From an uncultured Opitutia bacterium (GTDB taxonomy: Bacteria > Verrucomicrobiota > Verrucomicrobiia > Opitutales > Opitutaceae): a stretch of DNA of 33,927 bases. Below, one piece after another: positions 25,828 through 33,927 of the stretch (positions are counted from its first letter, which is position 1; every line of letters starts with the position of its first letter). Both the position numbers and the translations under genes were made by a program. The stretch is from contig CAJAFD010000523.1 of NCBI GenBank assembly GCA_903938935.1, positions 1 to 33,927 on the forward strand. Direction: 5' to 3'. The notes beneath the pieces were generated by a model, which did not search any database, had not been told where the DNA came from, and was given only the letters and a program-made list of their open reading frames with translations.

Positions 25828-26376
25828 ATGCTCCGTCCGCTCTTTGCTCTCGTCGCCTGTGCTGGACTGATCATCTTGGCCAATGGCTGTGCCCATTACC
25901 AACTCGGCGCCGGTGCGAAACCGACCTTCACCACCCTCTACGTAGAGCCGGTAACCACCAAGATTCTCCTGCCGCAGTCACAGGCGACACTTGAGACGCA
26001 GATCCGCGCCGCGTTTGTCCGCGATGGTCGCGTCACCCTCGTCAATTCCCCCGAAGCCGCCGAGGCCACCCTCAAGCTTCACCTCATCGATTACCGCCGC
26101 GAAGTCGCCACCCAACGCCGCGACGACACCGGGCTCGCGCGTAAATTTACCCTCACTCTCAGCGCCGCATGCACCCTCACCGACCGCCGCACGGGACGAC
26201 CGCTTTTTGACGAACGTCTCATCGAGGCCCGCCGCGACGCCTACACCGATAGTGAAAAAAACCTGCCCTCCGGCACCGTCGTTAGCGGCCAACTTCAAGC
26301 GGAATATCAAACCCTGCCACTGCTCGCCGAAGCGCTCGCCGCCAAAGTCACCCACGCCGTCCTCGACGTGTGGTGA
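25828..26376 (+). CDS. LptE-like lipoprotein (LPS-assembly lipoprotein)
   Basis: Lipobox LANG-C at residue 21, followed by AHYQLG. 182 aa. Lies next to the BamD-like gene. Confidence 0.5.
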   Translation: MLRPLFALVACAGLIILANGCAHYQLGAGAKPTFTTLYVEPVTTKILLPQSQATLETQIRAAFVRDGRVTLVNSPEAAEATLKLHLIDYRREVATQRRDDTGLARKFTLTLSAACTLTDRRTGRPLFDERLIEARRDAYTDSEKNLPSGTVVSGQLQAEYQTLPLLAEALAAKVTHAVLDVW

Positions 26377-26455
26377 AGCCAGTTAGCCTCGGCCCCAATC
26401 GGTTCGACGCGCTCCAATCTTGCGCCACCAGCCAAGGCCCGTTTCTCTGCCCCAC

Positions 26456-27115
26456 GTGATACACGCGCCCCTACTCGCCCCTTCGCTCCTTGCCGGCGAT
26501 CACGCGCACCTTGCCGCCAGCGCCGCCACCGTCGCAGAACTCGGCTTGAAATGGCTGCACATCGACATCATGGACGGCAACTTTGTCCCGAACCTGACGT
26601 TCGGTCCCGAAACCGTCACCGCCCTCCGCCGCCACGGTAACACGCTTTTTTTTGACACCCACCTGATGCTCGCGCGCCCCGACCACTACGTCGAAGCCTT
26701 CGCGCACGCAGGCACTGATCTCATCAGCATCCACATCGAGCCCGATTACGACCATGCCGCCACCTTGGCCCGCATCCGCGCCCTCGGTTGCCAAGCCGGC
26801 ATCGTCTTAAATCCCGACACCCCAGCCAGCGCCGTAAAAGCCCTGCTCGCCGCCGTCGATCTCGTGCTCGTCATGACTGTGCAACCCGGCTTCGGCGGAC
26901 AACCGTTCCGCACCGATATGCTGCCGAAATTGACGCAGCTCGCGATGTGGCGAGCCGAACACAATCTATCGTTCCGGCTCGAAGTGGATGGCGGCATTGA
27001 TCTGCAAACCGGCGCGGAATGCCGCGCCGCCGGAGCCGACACGTTTGTCGCCGGCACTTCGTTTTTCAAAGCCGCCGACAAAGCCGCTTACGCCGCCAGC
27101 TTCGCCCGTCTGTAA
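26456..27115 (+). CDS. rpe: Ribulose-phosphate 3-epimerase
   Basis: PSLLAGD...HIDIMDGNFVPNLTFGP and VMTVQPGFGGQ motifs. No upstream ATG; the start is either GTG 26456 or TTG 26420. Confidence 0.85.
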   Translation: MIHAPLLAPSLLAGDHAHLAASAATVAELGLKWLHIDIMDGNFVPNLTFGPETVTALRRHGNTLFFDTHLMLARPDHYVEAFAHAGTDLISIHIEPDYDHAATLARIRALGCQAGIVLNPDTPASAVKALLAAVDLVLVMTVQPGFGGQPFRTDMLPKLTQLAMWRAEHNLSFRLEVDGGIDLQTGAECRAAGADTFVAGTSFFKAADKAAYAASFARL

Positions 27116-27133
27116 GTCAGCACGAGGTGCGTT

Positions 27134-28765
27134 TTAACGGCCTGCCGCGCCCGCGCGCGCGATGGCTTCAGCACGTTGATAGTTCCGGCGAAACGTCGCG
27201 CCGAGTTCGTTCGCCATACGAATCTCGTCGACCTTGTTTTTAGAACCCAGCGCCTGCCGGATTTCTTTGTTCACGCGCCCGTAATCAACCGCCGAAAGAT
27301 CCGCCAACACCGCCAAGGCCTCCGCGCGGGCCGTTGGGGTGGCGGCGTTGATCGCCCGCCATGCGCTGGTCAGCTCCGCGTGCGTGTCTTGGCACATGAT
27401 GCGAATCACAAAGGCCATCTCGCGGAACACCGTGCCCGTCCATTCATTGCGGTAAATCAATTGATCACGCTGCTCAAACGGCTGCGCTTCCGGATCGCTG
27501 CGCAACGCCAACCATGCATGCTGCGCGTAAAAATCTCGCCGCACCGGCAAGCGTCGGAGCGCAAAACGCTCTGGCCCATCAGCCACCCCGGGTTGAAAAT
27601 TCCAAAGTTTTTGCCCCTCCATCGAGAGCACGTATTCGATAAACGCGACCGCGACCGCTTGGTTTTTGGCGCCGCGCAACAACGCGACCGGATCAACCGA
27701 GCTCACCGATCCACCTGCCGGCGAAGCGTAGCCGATGCGGCCCGAAAACCCCCGCCGTTTCACCGCTTCCTCCTGCTGACGTCCGTAAAAATCAATGCAC
27801 ATGCCGACCGCGCAATTCCCGGCGGCCACATCGATCGGCGGCTTTTGCGAGGTATCCGTAAAATAGCGCGCATTCGCCCCGACGAGCTGCATCAACTGTA
27901 ACCCCGCGATCCACCCCTCCCGCACCGCGCGTTGCTCGCGTACTTTGGCATCACCCGAGGGATTCTCCGCGAGCAGCGCGTTTAACCGCCGTTGCATCTG
28001 CTGCTGGATCACATTTTCAAACGCCTTCGCGATCGAGCCGCTCTTGGTCGGATCACAGAGTGCGACCTCGCCCATCAAGCGCGGGTCTTGCAAATCCGTC
28101 CATTGCTGCGGCTCGTGCTCGATCCCCAGGCGTTTCAATGAATCGCGGTTAAAAATAATACCATAGGCGCTCAACACACTGCCGATCCAACGCCCGTCTT
28201 TGTCCCAATATTCCTCGCCGGCATACGTGCGCGGGATGACCGCATCGGTGAACCATTCGGGATGTAACTTCAAAATTCCGCTGTCCACGATGCGCCCCGC
28301 CTTCGCTTGTTTGTCGAAATCGTACGTGCCGCCGCCAAAAAAAAGATCAATGCCGCACGAGGCATCCGAGTTCAAAAATGCCGCCCGCGCCTCTTTTACC
28401 CAAGCGGGTGCGTCCGCAGGCAACTTCCCATTTTGAAAACCCGCCTGAATTTCCGCGCTCCATTTTTTGCCGAGTTTCTGCGTCCAGATATTCTGAAACG
28501 ACGCGACATATTCACCTTCGAGAAAGCGTGCGATCTCGCTCGTGCCACCAATCACACGCCAGTCGATCGCGACGGTCTTGCCCGTGCGGGCGTGGTACCA
28601 GTCACGAAACCCACGTGCGTATTCATGCCGGATCGCCTCATTGTGCGGCGTAACCAACACCAACGCGACATCCGCCTTTTCCGCCGTCGTCTGCTTGGGC
28701 CGCAGAGCAAAGGGCAAAGCCACCGTCGCGACTAACGCCAGAACAATGATGATCTGCCGCAGCAT
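27134..28765 (-). CDS. ABC-transporter periplasmic substrate-binding protein (family 1, iron/polyamine-like), unusually long
   Basis: Signal/anchor MLRQIIIVLALVATVALPFA. PBP-type N-terminal block VLVTPHNEAIRHEY. 543 aa. Lies 8 nt downstream of the ATPase gene. Confidence 0.6.
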   Translation of the reverse strand: MLRQIIIVLALVATVALPFALRPKQTTAEKADVALVLVTPHNEAIRHEYARGFRDWYHARTGKTVAIDWRVIGGTSEIARFLEGEYVASFQNIWTQKLGKKWSAEIQAGFQNGKLPADAPAWVKEARAAFLNSDASCGIDLFFGGGTYDFDKQAKAGRIVDSGILKLHPEWFTDAVIPRTYAGEEYWDKDGRWIGSVLSAYGIIFNRDSLKRLGIEHEPQQWTDLQDPRLMGEVALCDPTKSGSIAKAFENVIQQQMQRRLNALLAENPSGDAKVREQRAVREGWIAGLQLMQLVGANARYFTDTSQKPPIDVAAGNCAVGMCIDFYGRQQEEAVKRRGFSGRIGYASPAGGSVSSVDPVALLRGAKNQAVAVAFIEYVLSMEGQKLWNFQPGVADGPERFALRRLPVRRDFYAQHAWLALRSDPEAQPFEQRDQLIYRNEWTGTVFREMAFVIRIMCQDTHAELTSAWRAINAATPTARAEALAVLADLSAVDYGRVNKEIRQALGSKNKVDEIRMANELGATFRRNYQRAEAIARAGAAGR

Positions 28766-28773
28766 GCGCTCGC

Positions 28774-29847
<1,074 letters not shown>

Positions 29848-29972
29848 GCCGGGCGTGGACAGCCGCGGAGGCAAGATTTCACCCCACGCCAAGTCAAAGT
29901 AATAAACCTCAGCCAACCCTAGAGAACCGGTTGCCTCGCTGCCGCCGGTTTGTCTCGCTCCGTCTCAATTCC

Positions 29973-30542
29973 ATGCCGACCCGAACCAAGCGAAAGCCCG
30001 CCGCCATTCACCCGGACCTCGAAAGCGTCCTCTACACCGAGGCCCAGATCAAAAAACGCGTGCGCTCCATTGCGCAGGAACTCAAAGCCACGTACGGCGA
30101 CGGCGAGTTCACGATCGTTTCCCTCATCAACGGAGCGATCATGTTTACCGCCGACCTCATGCGCGAGATCGACAACCCCGTGCGCCTCGACTGCATCCGC
30201 ATTTCCAGCTACGGCGAAAAAACGAAATCCGTCGGCACGCCCCAAGTCGTCGCCAGCCTGACTCTCGATATTCTCAACCGTCACGTACTGATCGTGGACG
30301 ACATTCTCGACACGGGGAAAACGCTGCAACTCGTCGCCGGTCTCGTCCGCAAACTCAATCCCGCGAGCCTACGCTCCTGCGTACTTCTCGACAAAGTCGG
30401 TCGTCGCGAAGTCGACTTCGAAGCGGATTTCGTGGGCTTCAAAATCCCCGACAAATTCGTGATCGGCTACGGCCTCGATTTCGCCGAGCGCTACCGCAAT
30501 TTGCCCTGCATCGGCGTGCTCAACCCCGCCCGCGCCAAATAA
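29973..30542 (+). CDS. hpt: Hypoxanthine phosphoribosyltransferase
   Basis: PRPP loop VLIVDDILDTGKTL and FVIGYGLDFAERYRNLPCIGVL. Start at ATG 29973 (M15 of the ORF). Confidence 0.9.
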   Translation: MPTRTKRKPAAIHPDLESVLYTEAQIKKRVRSIAQELKATYGDGEFTIVSLINGAIMFTADLMREIDNPVRLDCIRISSYGEKTKSVGTPQVVASLTLDILNRHVLIVDDILDTGKTLQLVAGLVRKLNPASLRSCVLLDKVGRREVDFEADFVGFKIPDKFVIGYGLDFAERYRNLPCIGVLNPARAK

Positions 30543-30566
30543 GCCCGCGTGTCCGGCGCGGCGCGC

Positions 30567-32585
30567 TCACTTGCGCCGCGCGCTGAATTTCGCCGCCGCT
30601 GGCTTGCCTGCTTTGCGCCCGCGCGTCGCGTAATCCTTGGCCTCGATCTGATCGCGCAATAACGCCGCGCGCTCAAACTCCAGCCGCCCCGAGGCCGCCT
30701 GCATGTCTTCTTCGAGCTCGGCGATCACCGCTGCGACATCGTCCGCGTTTTCCGCGACGGCCGGTTCCTCATCTTTGCGGCCCGAGCCGTCGTAAAGATG
30801 CAGACTGGATTGCGCCGAGCGCTTCACGCTGCGCGGCGTGATGCCGTGTTCGAGATTGTAGGCGATTTGTTTTTCGCGGCGGTAATTCGTGATGGCGATC
30901 GTCCGCTTGATGGAATCGGTCTCCTTGTCCGCGTAGAAAATCACCCGGCCTTTTTCGTGACGGGCCGCGCGTCCCGCCGTCTGAACGAGACTGGTTTCGC
31001 TGCGCAGAAAACCTTCTTTATCGGCGTCGAGGATCGCCACCAACGCCACTTCGGGCAAATCCAACCCTTCGCGCAGCAAGTTGATCCCGATAAGGACATC
31101 AAAATTTCCCAGCCGCAGGTTTCGCAGAATTTCCACGCGCTCAATCGCATCGATATCCGAATGCAGGTATTCGACTTTGATTTTTGATTCCCGCAGGTAA
31201 CTCGTGAGGTCTTCCGAGAGACGCTTCGTCAACGTCGTGACGAGCACGCGTTCTCCCGCCGCCACGGCGAGGTTGATCTCGCTCTTGAGATTTTCGACTT
31301 GGCCCTTGGTTGTGCGAATCGTGATCACCGGATCCAAAAGACCCGTGGGCCGGATCAACTGCTCCGCGATCACGGCCGAACACTCCAATTCAAATTTCGC
31401 CGGCGTCGCTGACACATAAAGCGTCTGACCCGTGATCTGCTGGAACTCGGGGAAATTTTGCGGTCGGTTATCGAGCGCGGAGGGCAACCGGAAGCCGAAA
31501 TTCACCAACGTCGTCTTGCGCGCTAAGTCGCCGTTAAACATGCCACCGATCTGAGAAACCGTCGCGTGACTCTCGTCGATCATCAGCAAAAAATCCTTCG
31601 GAAAGAAATCGATGAGGCAAAACGGCCGCGAGCCGGGTTTGCGCCCGGTTAATTGCAGCGAGTAGTTTTCGATGCCGTTGCAGAAGCCCATTTCCTGCAG
31701 CATCTCGAGGTCGTAGCTCACGCGCATCTTGATCCGCTGCGCTTCAAGATAGAGCCCCTTCGATTCGAAATAGGCTACGCGCTCCTCGAGCTCGGCCTTG
31801 ATCGAGGCGATCGCGGGTTCGAGTTTGCCGCGCGTTGTCACATATTGGTTCGCCGGGTAGAGATCGAATTGGTCGAGCGTGCGGATCACGTTGCCGCTGA
31901 TCGGCTCAAACTCCGTGATCACATCCACGGCATCGCCAAAAAACTCCACCCGCAATCCGTGTTCGAGGTACGCAGGCATCACATCGACCACATCACCGCG
32001 CACGCGAAAGCAGCCGCGTTTTAGTTCGTAGTCGTTACGCTCGTAGCGGTTTTCCACGAGCCGCTCGAGAAACGCATTGCGCCCCAGTTCGTCGTGCATG
32101 CGGATCGCGATGCGCATTTCGGAAAACGTCTCGGGCGAGCCGAGGCCGTAGATGCACGAAACACTCGCGATCACGATCACGTCTTTGCGCGACACGAGCG
32201 AACTCGTCGTCGCGATGCGCAAGCGCTCAATCTCCTGGTTGATCGACGAATCTTTCTCGATGTAGGTGTCGCTCGAAGGCACGTAGGCCTCGGGCTGATA
32301 GTAATCGTAGTAACTGACGAAATACTCGACGGCGTTGTCGGGGAAAAAATTCTTAAACTCCGAGTAGAGCTGCGCCGCGAGCGTCTTGTTGTGCGAGATG
32401 ATTAAGGTCGGTCGGTCGCACTGCGCGATGACGTTGGCCATCGTGAAGGTTTTGCCCGAGCCGGTCACGCCGAGGAGCGTCTGATGTTTATTGCCCGCCT
32501 TGATCGATGCCACCAGCTGCGCGATCGCCTGCGGCTGATCGCCCTTCGGTTGGTAATCGGATGCGAGCTTGAAAAGCATGTTCAA
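30567..32585 (-). CDS. uvrB: Excinuclease ABC subunit B
   Basis: [24 protein letters not shown] box, helicase motifs and a C-terminal UVR domain ([13 protein letters not shown]). 672 aa. Confidence 0.96.
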   Translation of the reverse strand: MNMLFKLASDYQPKGDQPQAIAQLVASIKAGNKHQTLLGVTGSGKTFTMANVIAQCDRPTLIISHNKTLAAQLYSEFKNFFPDNAVEYFVSYYDYYQPEAYVPSSDTYIEKDSSINQEIERLRIATTSSLVSRKDVIVIASVSCIYGLGSPETFSEMRIAIRMHDELGRNAFLERLVENRYERNDYELKRGCFRVRGDVVDVMPAYLEHGLRVEFFGDAVDVITEFEPISGNVIRTLDQFDLYPANQYVTTRGKLEPAIASIKAELEERVAYFESKGLYLEAQRIKMRVSYDLEMLQEMGFCNGIENYSLQLTGRKPGSRPFCLIDFFPKDFLLMIDESHATVSQIGGMFNGDLARKTTLVNFGFRLPSALDNRPQNFPEFQQITGQTLYVSATPAKFELECSAVIAEQLIRPTGLLDPVITIRTTKGQVENLKSEINLAVAAGERVLVTTLTKRLSEDLTSYLRESKIKVEYLHSDIDAIERVEILRNLRLGNFDVLIGINLLREGLDLPEVALVAILDADKEGFLRSETSLVQTAGRAARHEKGRVIFYADKETDSIKRTIAITNYRREKQIAYNLEHGITPRSVKRSAQSSLHLYDGSGRKDEEPAVAENADDVAAVIAELEEDMQAASGRLEFERAALLRDQIEAKDYATRGRKAGKPAAAKFSARRK

Positions 32586-33265
32586 CCGGAAACCAACGCC
32601 CGCAAATCCGCAACTGTCAGCTCATCCAATCGCGTCACGACGCGATGAACTTTTCCGTGCAACACCTCCGCCGGGTGCGTCGTCGCCACGCCCACCACCT
32701 TCATCCCACCCGCGTGGCCCGCTTCGATGCCGGGCAACGCATCCTCAAACACCACGCAACGCGCCGGTGGCACGCCCGTCTTGGCCGCCGCTTTCAAGAA
32801 AACATCCGGATGCGGCTTGCCGTGCGTCACGTCTTCCGAGGTCACCATCCCGCCAAACAAACCTTCAAACCCGAGCACGCCCAAGATCGTCGTGATATTT
32901 TCCCGATGCGTCGACGAGCCGATGCAATTCGGCACGCCCGCCGCCTTCAAGCGCGCGAGAAACTCGTGCACGCCGGGCAACGCCTTCAATCCACGCTCCA
33001 CGATGATTTCCCGATACAGCGCTTCCTTGCGCAACGACAGTCGTTTCACCTGCGCCCCATCGTCGGCCGCGGTCCAGCGCAACAGATGCGGTATAATCCA
33101 CTCGTTCTTCTTCCCAAATCCGACCGTAAAATGATCGCTCGGCAGCGTCTTTTTTTCCTCCGCGGCGAGGCGTTCCCAGCTCTCTTCATGGGGGCGCGAA
33201 GAATCGATGATCACGCCATCCCAATCGAACAACACCGCGATTTGATCGTCTGCCTGCATGGACAT
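32582..33265 (-). CDS. HAD-family hydrolase (beta-phosphoglucomutase-like subfamily IA)
   Basis: FDWDGVIIDS (DxDG motif I), GSST and EDALPGIEAGHAGGM motifs. The stop overlaps the uvrB start. Confidence 0.8.
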   Translation of the reverse strand: MSMQADDQIAVLFDWDGVIIDSSRPHEESWERLAAEEKKTLPSDHFTVGFGKKNEWIIPHLLRWTAADDGAQVKRLSLRKEALYREIIVERGLKALPGVHEFLARLKAAGVPNCIGSSTHRENITTILGVLGFEGLFGGMVTSEDVTHGKPHPDVFLKAAAKTGVPPARCVVFEDALPGIEAGHAGGMKVVGVATTHPAEVLHGKVHRVVTRLDELTVADLRALVSG

Positions 33266-33297
33266 ATTCCCTCACTCCAGCGCCTCGCGACGTCGAG

Positions 33298-33927
33298 TCA
33301 AAGCCCGAAGATTTTCGTCAACGCGCCCCAGAGCCCTCCCCAAAAATGCCGCGCCCGGCTCGCATCGCCTTCGGCCGAAATCTCCTGACACAAAAATATC
33401 CCACGTCCGGCAAACAGATCATCAAACAAAGGATTCACGCCGCGATAATAACTCCAAAACGTCTCCGCGCGCACGGGCCGGTAGTCGAGATTCGGCGTGA
33501 AGCCGACCGTCGCATCTTGATTAGCGCGACGGGCCGGCATCGCTTGGCCTTCGCGCTCGGCCAAGCGCTCAGCGCGCACCCCGCGGCTGCCCGCGACGAT
33601 CAAGCGACACGGCCCAACAAATTCAAAAAAACGAAACTGCAACGTCACCCAAGCCTGCCAGCGCCAGAGTTGCCAGCGACGACGCATCTCCAGCTTTCCG
33701 CCTTCCGGCACGATGACCCCCGCCAAAAAACTCGGCCGCAACACAATCGCCGCGCCCGGCGGCAACGTCAGCACCGCCAACTCGCTCTGTGGATTGGCTT
33801 GGTTGGAGAGCGTCACGCGTTGCTCGCCGCGCCCCGAACGCGCCTTGATTTCAAGCAGCTCGATCAATCCGGTCGCCAAGCACGTAAAGGGAATCCGCCA
33901 ATCCAACAACAACTTCGTCGTGCGTTC
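33298..33927 (-). CDS. Hypothetical protein, 5' end outside window; weak AIM24/DUF124-like resemblance
   Basis: The frame stays open to the window edge, and the track M at 33912 is a TTG. A beta-rich pattern (ATVGFTPNLDY...LFDDLFAGRGIFLCQ) loosely recalls AIM24-family proteins. Confidence 0.35.
   Translation of the reverse strand, partial: ERTTKLLLDWRIPFTCLATGLIELLEIKARSGRGEQRVTLSNQANPQSELAVLTLPPGAAIVLRPSFLAGVIVPEGGKLEMRRRWQLWRWQAWVTLQFRFFEFVGPCRLIVAGSRGVRAERLAEREGQAMPARRANQDATVGFTPNLDYRPVRAETFWSYYRGVNPLFDDLFAGRGIFLCQEISAEGDASRARHFWGGLWGALTKIFGL

Noticed and set aside
29848-29972. Possible riboswitch or operator in the ABC ATPase / hpt divergent spacer (AACCGGTT palindrome at 29924-29931, gctgagg segment).
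   Set aside because: It does not match TPP or other riboswitch cores I know. An 8-bp GC-containing palindrome is expected by chance in this composition.

Overview
High-GC (about 60%) bacterial chromosome segment, densely packed with about 36 protein-coding genes in alternating strand blocks. Many neighbours share 4-nt ATGA/GTGA start-stop overlaps. The content is mostly core housekeeping. It includes an IorAB-type molybdenum hydroxylase, proS-clpS, argA, zinc-independent L36/L31 paralogues, dCMP deaminase, trpD-glmM and uppP. It also includes rpmF-plsX-fabH followed by BamD-like and LptE-like genes, then rpe, an ABC ATPase plus binding protein, hpt and uvrB. BamD/LptE imply a diderm. The overall protein flavour suggests Verrucomicrobiota (Opitutales-like), but that is only an impression. 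I found no tRNA, rRNA, CRISPR array, transposase, integrase or recognisable defence system. rpmF (59 aa) is missing from the ORF track and was found by hand. I see no clear-cut novel system. The best candidates for a second look are three. (1) A Pol II-type family-B DNA polymerase lies between a small 4-helix membrane protein and a 488-aa GT-C-like polytopic membrane protein and is translationally coupled to the latter; a possible SOS-type direct repeat sits upstream. (2) An identical AT-rich 15-mer palindrome (CGCAAATAAATTTGC) occurs in two separate divergent promoter regions with the same geometry. (3) A clpS gene overlaps an acidic DUF2017-like gene. Long antisense ORFs throughout are treated as GC-driven artefacts.
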